This document shows positions 19,467-33,492 of a DNA stretch of 64,000 nt, piece after piece. The notes beneath the pieces are model-generated. The model was given only the letters and a program-made list of their open reading frames with translations, was not told the origin of the DNA and searched no databases. A program made the position numbers and the translations under genes. Numbering within the stretch: the first letter of the stretch is position 1; every line of letters begins with the position of its first letter. Origin of the DNA: an uncultured Candidatus Poseidoniales archaeon (GTDB taxonomy: Archaea > Thermoplasmatota > Poseidoniia > Poseidoniales > Thalassarchaeaceae); assembly GCA_902593945.1 (NCBI GenBank), contig CACJKA010000001.1, positions 19,316 to 83,315 of the forward strand. Direction: 5' to 3'.

Positions 19467-20806
19467 TTTTTCCCTTGCCACCATCTAATTAATTCCTGTT
19501 CATCAAAAGGAGACTTGATTGATGAATTGCCCGAACCTAATATCTTTATTCTCTGAATACAATTATTTACTGCTACGGAGTTTTTTCCTGAACGAATTAT
19601 TTGCCCAACACAAAAACGAATATGGGTGTTAGGATTTTTTCCAATCCAAGATTTTATTTCTTTTCTGAGAGGCCAGATTGCAAGAGCAAGATAACCAAAT
19701 GATAGAAACTGTTCTTTAATCTGGTTTCTAGCCGTGTCCCTTCCAATTAACGAACGATGTTGATGTAACCAATCTAAATCATCATTTAGATATTTGATTA
19801 TTTTATGGCAATGGCTTTCAGAGACGGCTCGAATTGGCCCCTGAGCAGAACGTAACTCTCCAACATCAGCGTTAGCCATTATTGACAATGTTCCAACTAT
19901 TGATGAAATTGAGTGAGAAAGAACGCTTTTTGGAACATAGGGGGAGACATTGCCTTCGAAACTCGATAAAACATCATCATGTTGTTTTTGCGCGTGTTTT
20001 AGGACTTGCCATGGTTTCTTACCATTGAGCCAATCATCGCGAGTATTATTCGGTTCAACACCAAGCCCAACAAGAGTTGTCTGCCCTTTACTTTTAACTA
20101 ATAATTTTCTTATCAAATTTTGTTCCACAATTTCTAATTTGACATTAATTGGATTAGGGCGAGAGTTCAAAAATCTTCTAATCCTTAATCTCAACTGATT
20201 TTTGAAATCTTCTTCACTGCCTTCATTGAGAACTGGACCTATAATAGCTCCCATGTCGAATGGAGTTGGCATTTCTAGTTCTCCCGAAAGTAAACTATGA
20301 TATCCTGATCTAATTTCTTTCTGTAAAGTGCTAGTTTCGAAATATTCTTCCTTTTCAGAATGAGCTCGGAGAGTTCCGGTCCTAATTCTGTTTAATGCAA
20401 GATCTGGGTCGCAATCTACCCAAACACACAGGTCAGGGACTAAGGCTGCAGAATTCATATGAGAAACTTTTTCTAATCCTAACCCACCCACTATTCCTTG
20501 ATAAACAAGTGAAGAATGGACATTTCTCTCGCTAACAACTACTTTTCCATCCTCCAAACGAGGCAATATCCAGCCATGAGAATGGTCTACTCTATCGGCA
20601 GCAAATAGGCCTGCCTCTCCTTCAGGGGTCATTGTTTTTGTACGTACTGAATTAATAGCAAGACGGCCAAGTGGGTGATCTCTCCGGGGCTCTCCTGTTA
20701 CTTCCACTGAAGTGAAAGTAAACTCTTTCTCAAGAATTTCTGCTATTACTTTAGTAGCAAGACCTTTGCCACTACCATCCCCTCCCTCAATACTAATTAG
20801 ATACAT
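19463..20806 (-). CDS. tmk: Thymidylate kinase fused to an uncharacterised C-terminal domain of about 250 aa
   Basis: The N-terminal roughly 200 aa are a dTMP kinase: P-loop ISIEGGDGSGKG, a DRV/DRY-like motif, and a lid region (SERNVHSSLVYQG). The C-terminal roughly 250 aa have no recognisable motif. Confidence 0.75.
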   Translation of the reverse strand: MYLISIEGGDGSGKGLATKVIAEILEKEFTFTSVEVTGEPRRDHPLGRLAINSVRTKTMTPEGEAGLFAADRVDHSHGWILPRLEDGKVVVSERNVHSSLVYQGIVGGLGLEKVSHMNSAALVPDLCVWVDCDPDLALNRIRTGTLRAHSEKEEYFETSTLQKEIRSGYHSLLSGELEMPTPFDMGAIIGPVLNEGSEEDFKNQLRLRIRRFLNSRPNPINVKLEIVEQNLIRKLLVKSKGQTTLVGLGVEPNNTRDDWLNGKKPWQVLKHAQKQHDDVLSSFEGNVSPYVPKSVLSHSISSIVGTLSIMANADVGELRSAQGPIRAVSESHCHKIIKYLNDDLDWLHQHRSLIGRDTARNQIKEQFLSFGYLALAIWPLRKEIKSWIGKNPNTHIRFCVGQIIRSGKNSVAVNNCIQRIKILGSGNSSIKSPFDEQELIRWWQGKN

Positions 20807-20811
20807 CTAAA

Positions 20812-21549
20812 TCATTGGCCCTCTGAAGAATAATCAGTAAATTGATCTCTAGTCAGATACATTAATCCAATTCCAATTAATATAAGTAAAGGCCCTATGA
20901 AAATCATTCCTCTACTGAATAAACCGAAGAAAGAAAACCACCAAGATCTATTATATTTATTTCCATTATATACTTCTAAGCCTCCAACAATTCCTGCTAA
21001 ACCAGTAAGTAAAGTAATTCCCGCGATAAAGAATCCAACGAAGACTGAATCTGCAAGGTTACTATCTCCTCTCATATCAATAGGTCCGATAAATCCATCT
21101 CCAGGCTCTAAAGTAACAACAATTTGTGAATGGTCGCCTGGAACCAGTAATATCTCTACAGTATTATTATCCGGATGTTGGACATATAATATAGAAGACT
21201 GCCTAGGAACATCGACTATTGAAAAACGACCTCCTGAATCAGTAATATCGCTATCAATCGTAGTTCGATCTTCATTCAATAATTGAACTAATACACCCTC
21301 AATTGGGTCGCCTCCACTATTATTTTCTAATGAAGAAATGACTAACCCATTAACAGTATCAGAAGATTGGTCTTCACCAATCTGGCCCATGATGTCAGCT
21401 GGATCAGCTGCCATTAGTAAAACTCCAAGCATCGCTCCTAAAGCGCCTCCAAGAATTATCAGAATTGCTCCCGCGACCCTAGTGGCTGGGTCAATTGAAA
21501 GATCATGTAACCATAATTCAAATCCTGAATCACTTTCATCGTCGCTCAT
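20812..21549 (-). CDS. Membrane protein with a carboxypeptidase-regulatory-like beta-sandwich domain
   Basis: The protein has TM helices at both the N- and C-termini. The central segment (ITDSGGRFSIVDVP) resembles a CarboxypepD_reg fold. Confidence 0.35.
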   Translation of the reverse strand: MSDDESDSGFELWLHDLSIDPATRVAGAILIILGGALGAMLGVLLMAADPADIMGQIGEDQSSDTVNGLVISSLENNSGGDPIEGVLVQLLNEDRTTIDSDITDSGGRFSIVDVPRQSSILYVQHPDNNTVEILLVPGDHSQIVVTLEPGDGFIGPIDMRGDSNLADSVFVGFFIAGITLLTGLAGIVGGLEVYNGNKYNRSWWFSFFGLFSRGMIFIGPLLILIGIGLMYLTRDQFTDYSSEGQ

Positions 21550-21552
21550 CTC

Positions 21553-22581
21553 TCATTCCTCCGATAATTCCTCTATGTTGCGAGGAGGGGGGGGCTGTTG
21601 AGTTTGTCGCCTAAATATCTTGTAAAATATCATTCCAAAAATAGGCCATGAAAAAGGCATAAGAAATATTCCGACAATAATTACTAACAGAAGTCTTAAT
21701 GGAGAAAAAGTATCTTTGGTACAACAATTATCTAATTCTTCCGAAATTTGACAGTCTTTAGAATGTGCTTGTAAATCAACTAAGTAGTAGTTAGACCAAT
21801 TTTTCCCAGTTATCCAAAAAAGAGATTTGTCATTATCATAAGCAATACCGTTCAATTCTCTGGATTCATTATTTTCAAATTGCTGACGAATTTCTGAAAA
21901 GTCATATTCTGAACAAACATACCCAGATGATGGACTTATTGCTATTATTTTATCTTCAAGCCAAACATTTGAGTAAATTAATCCAGAGTCGAATGGGCAT
22001 TCAAGTTCATTTAATCTGTTAATAGGTAAGTTATCGTAATAGATTGTTAAAGTGTCAATACTTGATGAAAGATTGCCTTGATCGATTTGTGATAATTGGA
22101 AAGAACCATCTGAAAGCCAAATATTACCACTTTGAGTAGTACAAATACCCCAACCTTCACCATTGATAGAAAAATTTCCAATATTTTCTAATGTAGAAAT
22201 ATTATAAATAAATCCAATATTCTCCCTCCAAGTCAATTGGATTATACTATTATTAGAAATTGAAATTCCCTCGGCAAAGTATGTTTCTGATAAATTAATT
22301 TTCTGCTCAATTTCTCCTGTAGTGATATTAACAATCCTAAGACTTGATTCACCGTATAAACCTGTACTCTCGTACAATTTTCCGTCTAAAAATGCCAAAC
22401 CCTGAGTAAAAGCTGAAGAATCATGAGGTAGAATTTCTATTACTTCAGGGAAGATTATTTCTACATAATTTGACTCGGAATCCGTTGTTGAATCAGATGA
22501 AACTATGCCTGAAAATGATGAAAAGAGAAACACGAAAAATAATAACAAAACAGATTTGTGACCTCGCCCCTGACCTCTCAT
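21553..22581 (-). CDS. Glutaminyl-peptide cyclotransferase (beta-propeller type), with a signal peptide and a C-terminal membrane anchor
   Basis: Propeller-type QC motifs (HDSSAFTQGL, GLYGESSLR, WRENIGFIY) are followed by a C-terminal TM helix and a proline-rich cytoplasmic tail. I place the start at MRGQGRGHK. This gene is divergent to the large metalloprotease gene. Confidence 0.6.
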   Translation of the reverse strand: MRGQGRGHKSVLLLFFVFLFSSFSGIVSSDSTTDSESNYVEIIFPEVIEILPHDSSAFTQGLAFLDGKLYESTGLYGESSLRIVNITTGEIEQKINLSETYFAEGISISNNSIIQLTWRENIGFIYNISTLENIGNFSINGEGWGICTTQSGNIWLSDGSFQLSQIDQGNLSSSIDTLTIYYDNLPINRLNELECPFDSGLIYSNVWLEDKIIAISPSSGYVCSEYDFSEIRQQFENNESRELNGIAYDNDKSLFWITGKNWSNYYLVDLQAHSKDCQISEELDNCCTKDTFSPLRLLLVIIVGIFLMPFSWPIFGMIFYKIFRRQTQQPPPPRNIEELSEE

Positions 22582-22663
22582 GTACGAACGATGCTCCATC
22601 GATGTTAAAATAGGTCTCAAACGGGCATTAACTAGTAATAAACAGGTTGTGACGCTATTGGTG

Positions 22664-25600
22664 ATGAATTATAAACAAAACAATCTAACTACTCCTTTGT
22701 TTATTGTAGTAGTTATGATAGTTGCAAGTTTATCGCCACTTGCATTAGCAAGTTCCGATATTGATGCCGAAACATCAGAATTCTCATACGGAAGTTTAGA
22801 CGATTTCGATCCTTCGATAGAAGGGAAAAAATATATGTTCACAAATGAAACGAAACCTGCATTTTCGGCCACTGGGCATTTAAAAAAACAATGGATAGAG
22901 GACGGTTATCCGAATTTAGTACTCCCATTTTCTCAGACATATATGAACTCTAAATCATCAGCACGAAACTGTACCGACGCATGGAGTCAAGGAGATACGG
23001 ATACAGTTCCCTCAGCAAATGGGAATGTTGATGCAACCGTACAAAAAATTTCTTCTAATGCTGCAATATTTGTAGAAGACGGCCAAATATTATCTGCAAC
23101 TACTCTAAATGATATTGCTTCAACATTTGAATCCACAATTTTCCCAACCGATACTACTTATTTTGGTTCTATGCCAGATGTAGATAATAATTGTCAACTA
23201 GAAATTATGATACTAGCCATAGATGGAGGAGGCGGAATAGGTGGATACTTCTCACCAGGTATTTCTTCACAAAGAGAAGCTATATTCATTGATGTGGATG
23301 ATATGAGTTGGAGAAATACAATAATAGCACACGAATTTCAACATTTATTACATAATGCCAGAGACCCGTTTGAAAATTTATGGATTGATGAAGGTGCTGC
23401 AGATATGGCGGCTTACCTATGCTTCGGAGTCACTTCTGCTCTGACTGGACACGCCAACGAATGGTCTCAAAATTCTAATATGAGCGTTAGATGGTGGAAT
23501 CAAAGAATAGCAGATTATGGTGCAGGTTTTATGTTTTTAATGTATTTAGCAGATAAATTAGGAGGAGGTAGCGCAATTCAAAGTCTGGTAGCGGATACTG
23601 CAACAGGAGGGGCAGGAATTGAAAATTTAGCGGCAAATCCACAACCTGGTTCGATATCAATTGGGACTACAATGAGTCAAATTTATGCTAATTTCAGTGC
23701 TGCTGTAACTTTAGATAGTGCGCAAGGTGCATTTGGTTTTTCTAACTTAGATCTATCCGAAGCCTGTACAGCCGCTTTCATCTGTAAGGTACAAAAAAGT
23801 GGTTATAATGACCAATGGGTCAATGATTGGACAAGTAATAGTGATTCCGTAGAAGGATGGGGTATGAGATCTTATAAATTCTCACAAGGTTCTGGAGCAC
23901 CTTTGAATCTGATGGTTTCTCCTACTCAGTTTGGTTTTGAAGGAATCATTATGTCTAAAGAATCTGCAACTGGAACTTGGTCAATGGATAGATTAAGAAT
24001 TGATCCATCAACCGGAGCAGGAACCGGTTTGGTTTATGGATTCGGCAATGTTAGTGATGAAGTTTGGCTAATTACTTGGTATGAATCCATTGTTGACGAT
24101 TGTGATTATAATTATGCTAGTTGCGGTATTACAACGGGATCCTACCCTGAAGCGGCTATTACTGTCCAAGCTGGACTAATTACTGATCCTGCAGAAGTTG
24201 AAATTGTAACCATTGAAAATTTCGATAGAGACGGTGACAACCTAGATGATAGCAGTAGAATTGATTTAGAAGTGACATCTAATGCATTCTTTGAGATACT
24301 TGAGGTTGAAGTAAATGCATATCTTAACAATAGCATCCAAGATACTTTAATTTTTGATATGACCGCTGGGAATAGTATCGCTACTGAAAAAAGCATATGG
24401 TTCACACCACCGGAAACTGGGGATTGGACTTACGGAGTTAAAATTACAGATTTTACTGGAGCAATGGTTGACCAAGCATTTGCATTACCAGTTAATATTG
24501 CAAATATGGAGCCGGTTACATCCGGCACCTTAACGACAAATGTGACTCAAACATGGCTCCCTGTAGCAATGTTTGGTTCAGGTTATGATGAATGGGGGTT
24601 CAGTCAAGTAAATGGAAGTTTTAGCCACAATGAGACACCTATTGCATATTACTGGGATTTAGGAGATAATACTTCATCAGGCTTGAAGAACCCTGTACAT
24701 TCATATCTAGATATAGGAATTTATACAATTGTGTTGACAGTTAAAGACAAGGGAGGATATTTCTCAGAACCTCAATCTTGGACGATAACCGTTACAGATA
24801 CATCAGTCCCTACACCAATAATTACGGTAGATGGTATAGTTCAAGATTCGGAACTAACCTTAATGACAAACCAAAGAGTACAGTTTTCAGCATTATCAAG
24901 CCAAGATAATGTGCCAATTGAGGAGATGACGTTTACTTGGAATTGGGGAGATGGACAAATTGAACAAGGCCAAGGATTAGCAGAATTAGGGCACGCATGG
25001 GTTGATGGAAGTGCCGATGGAATAATTTATACTCTAACTCTAACAATAGACGATGGAAATCAATTTGTAGATTATTCAATTTATATTAGAATTTTGAACA
25101 GAGTTCCTGAGCAAATATTTGATGACACGTTACAAACATTTACCCTGACACCAATAGAGATGCCATTGATTTTCGAAGATCAAGATGGTTTTATCGTAGA
25201 ATATCGATGGACATTTGAAGAGGGAGTAAATATTGAAGGTTCAGGGATGACATTGACCTCTGATTTCTCAGTCACTGAATCCTTGGAAAGAAATCCAATC
25301 ATTGGATGGAAAGAACCGGGAATGAAAAACGTCAGCTTAGAAGTTACGGATGATGATGGAAATACTTCAACTACAAATATACAGATACTAGTAGTTAATC
25401 AACGCCCAGTAGCGGTATTTGCTAGACCTAGTGACGGATTCGTCGATACCGAATATATATTTGAAAGCCTATCATTTGATCCTGATGGAAATAGTTCTGC
25501 GCTAGAAATTATATGGAATATCTCCGCATTTGATGAAGAGATATACAATGTTTCAACAGTATACCATACATTTACTTCGCCGGGATTATACAGCATTAGT

Positions 25601-26773
25601 TTGTCTGTAATTGATGAAAGAGGGATGAATTCAGCTACGAAGTCATATACTATTAGAATAGATAATCCATTACCAGTTCCTGAAATAAAATTCAGACAAC
25701 CAAGCATTAATGGTAGTAATTTAGATTTTATACCTACAGATTATTCTCAAATATCATGGCAAATACCTTTCACCGAAAATGGAGGAGGTTTTGTTGCACC
25801 AAATATGCCATTACTATTTGATGGATCAAATAGCTATGATTCTGACCCAATATTTGAAGGTATGACTTCAACAAATCAAGAAGACCCTGAATGGAATGGA
25901 ATTACAAGATGGATATGGGATTTCGGAGATTCATCACCTGTAAAAGAGGGATTCGAAGTATGGCATTATTATCAGATTCCTGGAACCTATGTTGTAAAAT
26001 TGACAGTCGTGGATGGTTTTGAAGCCGGAGAAACTAATACTACATCGATGATGATTTATGTTTCTAGGACTCCTGAGATAGTCACAAATGACCCTACGGG
26101 ACTAGAATATGTAATTGTAGGAGAGATTGTCGATTTAAATGTTGAAGTAATTGATAGAGATGTTGTCGACGGAATTGAAGCATGGTTAGATATTGATATT
26201 AATGAAGATTCAGATGGAGATGGTGATTTTGAGAATGATAAAGATAGGTATCTCTCTAGTGAACCAGAAATAAAATGGGATTTGAACATAGCAATTGATG
26301 GAATAGACAATGATGGAGACACGAGAAATGATTTCGTTTGGGGTGAACAAGTGTGGACATTACCAGAATACCAACCATTGGTAATTCTTCTTGAAACATG
26401 TGATGGAGTAAATGTTTGTTCCAGTAAACAATTTGAAATTACAGTCCTAAGTATTGAAGATGATGATGGACCATTATCTATCTCAGATTTGACTTGGGAA
26501 GATTTTGTTCCGGATGCAGGAAGTGCTGGTCTTCTAGCATTAGTAGCCACAGTACTTTTGTTAGGATGGTTAATAATGAGACAAAAAGATGAAGAAGAAT
26601 TAGATGCAAAGAATAGTACTGAGACATACGATGTACAGGAAGTTGAAGCAGAAGGAGGGTTACCGGGAATGGATCAACACAATCCGCCGCCACAGCCAAA
26701 ATATCTGACAGTTGAAGAACGAAGGAACAAAGAATCAGGATACATACGGCCTATTAGGACTAGAAGGAAATGA
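22664..26773 (+). CDS. Large secreted zinc metallopeptidase (gluzincin-like, HExxH...E) with multiple PKD/Ig-like repeats. It has a C-terminal TM anchor and a cytoplasmic tail.
   Basis: A signal peptide (MNYKQNNLTTPLFIVVVMIVASLSPLALA) precedes the HExxH motif in IAHEFQHLLH and a downstream E in WIDEGAAD. Repeated segments of about 90 aa with WDFGD/WNWGDG-like PKD signatures follow. The C-terminus has a TM helix (LLALVATVLLLGWLIM) and a charged tail. Confidence 0.6.
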   Translation: MNYKQNNLTTPLFIVVVMIVASLSPLALASSDIDAETSEFSYGSLDDFDPSIEGKKYMFTNETKPAFSATGHLKKQWIEDGYPNLVLPFSQTYMNSKSSARNCTDAWSQGDTDTVPSANGNVDATVQKISSNAAIFVEDGQILSATTLNDIASTFESTIFPTDTTYFGSMPDVDNNCQLEIMILAIDGGGGIGGYFSPGISSQREAIFIDVDDMSWRNTIIAHEFQHLLHNARDPFENLWIDEGAADMAAYLCFGVTSALTGHANEWSQNSNMSVRWWNQRIADYGAGFMFLMYLADKLGGGSAIQSLVADTATGGAGIENLAANPQPGSISIGTTMSQIYANFSAAVTLDSAQGAFGFSNLDLSEACTAAFICKVQKSGYNDQWVNDWTSNSDSVEGWGMRSYKFSQGSGAPLNLMVSPTQFGFEGIIMSKESATGTWSMDRLRIDPSTGAGTGLVYGFGNVSDEVWLITWYESIVDDCDYNYASCGITTGSYPEAAITVQAGLITDPAEVEIVTIENFDRDGDNLDDSSRIDLEVTSNAFFEILEVEVNAYLNNSIQDTLIFDMTAGNSIATEKSIWFTPPETGDWTYGVKITDFTGAMVDQAFALPVNIANMEPVTSGTLTTNVTQTWLPVAMFGSGYDEWGFSQVNGSFSHNETPIAYYWDLGDNTSSGLKNPVHSYLDIGIYTIVLTVKDKGGYFSEPQSWTITVTDTSVPTPIITVDGIVQDSELTLMTNQRVQFSALSSQDNVPIEEMTFTWNWGDGQIEQGQGLAELGHAWVDGSADGIIYTLTLTIDDGNQFVDYSIYIRILNRVPEQIFDDTLQTFTLTPIEMPLIFEDQDGFIVEYRWTFEEGVNIEGSGMTLTSDFSVTESLERNPIIGWKEPGMKNVSLEVTDDDGNTSTTNIQILVVNQRPVAVFARPSDGFVDTEYIFESLSFDPDGNSSALEIIWNISAFDEEIYNVSTVYHTFTSPGLYSISLSVIDERGMNSATKSYTIRIDNPLPVPEIKFRQPSINGSNLDFIPTDYSQISWQIPFTENGGGFVAPNMPLLFDGSNSYDSDPIFEGMTSTNQEDPEWNGITRWIWDFGDSSPVKEGFEVWHYYQIPGTYVVKLTVVDGFEAGETNTTSMMIYVSRTPEIVTNDPTGLEYVIVGEIVDLNVEVIDRDVVDGIEAWLDIDINEDSDGDGDFENDKDRYLSSEPEIKWDLNIAIDGIDNDGDTRNDFVWGEQVWTLPEYQPLVILLETCDGVNVCSSKQFEITVLSIEDDDGPLSISDLTWEDFVPDAGSAGLLALVATVLLLGWLIMRQKDEEELDAKNSTETYDVQEVEAEGGLPGMDQHNPPPQPKYLTVEERRNKESGYIRPIRTRRK

Positions 26774-27642
26774 TTGGTTTGACTTTGAAAAAAAAAGTAA
26801 GTGCGCTTTTTCTTAATTCTTGTTTTCTTATGCCTATGTTTTTGATCACGATAGTCGTGAGTATTGCTCCTACAGTTCAAGCAGACAGTGTTTGTGATGT
26901 CCCTGCAAGTAATAGTTGGGACGTAGATAATAAAATAAATTATTATTATAAAACGCCCTCGAATAATTTTTTCACCGATATAGATAATGAACCTATATAT
27001 GAACAAATTTCTACAGATTTTAGTATAGAAATAAGTGTAAGTAATGATTCTGCAACTGCAATTAGTATGGCTCTATCTCCTGGTAAATCATACACTTTCT
27101 GCTACACATATTCAGGACATCCAGATTCTCCACCTACTAATGGAGTAAAGGCAGACGTGTACTTAATGAGTGAAGGAAATTGGGAGTATTATGGCTGGAA
27201 TTATGAGATTAGAACTGAAAATTGGTTAGATGAGATAGGCTTTATACCAGTTGAATATAGAGATACTGTTACTTGGATGCCATTTAGAGATGTACATTCA
27301 TATGAAAAAACAAAATCGGACTACTTTTCGATAGCAGTAGATACAGAAGTATCATCATCTTTCTGGGGAGGTAATTCGTTGATAGAATACTACTTAGTTT
27401 TTGATAATTGGGACAATAATAGAAATACGGATCAGAAGGCTGCTGGAGGTTCATTGAATGTTGAGCTATTAGTAGATGTCGAAGATAGGCTTATTCTACC
27501 GAAATTTACAGCATACATGTTATTAGCAGTCCTACCTTTATCTTGCCTAATTGTTCCATTAATTATTAACAGTAAATATCATTCATATGGTCTTGGTGAA
27601 GAACAAATTGAAGAAACAGAAATTCCGATTCTAGAAAATTAA
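26770..27642 (+). CDS. Hypothetical secreted protein with a C-terminal membrane anchor
   Basis: A signal peptide and a C-terminal TM helix (MLLAVLPLSCLIVPLII) are present, with no recognisable catalytic motif. Overlapping the upstream gene by 4 bp suggests co-transcription. Confidence 0.35.
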   Translation: MIGLTLKKKVSALFLNSCFLMPMFLITIVVSIAPTVQADSVCDVPASNSWDVDNKINYYYKTPSNNFFTDIDNEPIYEQISTDFSIEISVSNDSATAISMALSPGKSYTFCYTYSGHPDSPPTNGVKADVYLMSEGNWEYYGWNYEIRTENWLDEIGFIPVEYRDTVTWMPFRDVHSYEKTKSDYFSIAVDTEVSSSFWGGNSLIEYYLVFDNWDNNRNTDQKAAGGSLNVELLVDVEDRLILPKFTAYMLLAVLPLSCLIVPLIINSKYHSYGLGEEQIEETEIPILEN

Positions 27643-28445
27643 TTGTATTCAAGTAATTTCCAAGCAGTTTTTAAATCGCTGGTGTTTATTCTACCTTGTT
27701 GCGCTAGATACCACCCATTCTCCATTGTAGTATAAACTAAACTTTGATTCAATAAAGGTGCATGGATTCTTGTCCAATCTCCTCCTGCTCCGAGCCCCAT
27801 TATTGATAATTTATTATCTGAATCTCGAGTTCTCCAAGCAACATCAAATAACTTCAAGGCATCTTTTTTACCTCCAGTATTAAATACAATTTTAATTATA
27901 TTACCTGAATCTGAAATTTCATCTATTTCTTCAATAATCTCATCGGGAGAGCCCGGTGACTGTTCATAGTGGATAGACGAAATTATCTTTGTACTATCGC
28001 CGGCGAGTTTTATCAATTTTTCTCTTTGCTTTGATTCTATATCTGTCTCAAGATCAATCCAACTTACTCCACTCTTAATTGCCTTTGTCAATACTTCAAT
28101 CCTTTCCTTTTCAGAACCAGGAAAGTACCCTCCTTGTCTTTCGGGCCTACAAGTCAAAATTACAGGTAATTCTATTCCAGTTCTAAAGGAAATTAATGAA
28201 GATTCTAAGTCTACGGAATCCATTGATTGAGGGAGAAATTGAGGAGGGGTATAAACTGATTTACGATTTTCGTCGTGACCTGGTTTTGTATCCTCAGTAA
28301 CTTCAAATTCTTGTTCCACCACCCATAATTTATCTAAACGAACCTCGACAATGTCTGCACCTACAGCAGTTGCTCTTGCTGCATCTTTTACCATCTCATC
28401 AACAGTACAACCTGTGAGAGTGACGCATATCAAAGGCAAACTCAT
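27639..28445 (-). CDS. aroD: 3-dehydroquinate dehydratase, type I
   Basis: The N-terminus has the type-I DHQase signature ICVTLTG...GADIVEVRLD, and the length fits. Confidence 0.65.
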   Translation of the reverse strand: MSLPLICVTLTGCTVDEMVKDAARATAVGADIVEVRLDKLWVVEQEFEVTEDTKPGHDENRKSVYTPPQFLPQSMDSVDLESSLISFRTGIELPVILTCRPERQGGYFPGSEKERIEVLTKAIKSGVSWIDLETDIESKQREKLIKLAGDSTKIISSIHYEQSPGSPDEIIEEIDEISDSGNIIKIVFNTGGKKDALKLFDVAWRTRDSDNKLSIMGLGAGGDWTRIHAPLLNQSLVYTTMENGWYLAQQGRINTSDLKTAWKLLEYN

Positions 28446-28601
28446 TGGGGCTGCGAGAAATGGAACCCGTTTAATCGTGCCGAGGGTTTTCTCAGAGAAA
28501 ATAATCTAGATTGTCTGTTTTTAGCCTTGTTTAGCCATATTTCGTGAAAGATATCGAAAGCATTCAATAACCCCCTGACGCACCAATTATACAGTTAGAT
28601 T

Positions 28602-28624
28602 GAGGGTTCCTTTAGGGAACCCTC
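28602..28624. promoter_or_regulatory. Perfect 9-bp inverted repeat (GAGGGTTCC-TTTAG-GGAACCCTC), 22 bp upstream of the gyrB start
   Basis: The palindrome is seen directly in the sequence. It lies in the divergent aroD/gyrB intergenic region, just 5' of the gyrB Shine-Dalgarno-like AGGACG. Confidence 0.35.
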
Positions 28625-28645
28625 AGAAACAGGACGATGAATTAG

Positions 28646-33329
<4,684 letters not shown>

Positions 33330-33375
33330 GATAGACCGTTCCGCTTAAGCCATAATCAAAACTCGGATGGACACT

Positions 33376-33462
33376 GCGGCAGTCGCATAGCCTGGCCATT
33401 GCGCTGGATTGCTAATCCAGTGGTGTTTCACCTCGGGAGTTCGAATCTCCCCTGCCGCGCCA
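33376..33462 (+). tRNA. tRNA-Ser (anticodon GCU), class II with a long variable arm, 3' CCA encoded
   Basis: I folded it by hand. The acceptor stem GCGGCAG pairs with CTGCCGC. The anticodon stem CTGGA/TCCAG carries the loop TTGCTAA, giving anticodon GCT. A variable-arm hairpin (GGTG-TTT-CACC) is present, and the T-arm is GGGAG-TTCGAAT-CTCCC. Confidence 0.8.
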
Positions 33463-33492
33463 TTAAATGATAGGAGGTTTCTTGTTAGCATC

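Noticed and set aside
33409-33492. An N-terminal extension of the DUF4105-like ORF that overlaps the tRNA-Ser
   Set aside because: The extension would run across the tRNA 3' half. An internal Met (MPSMAMNY) followed by a TM helix gives a sensible start downstream of the tRNA.
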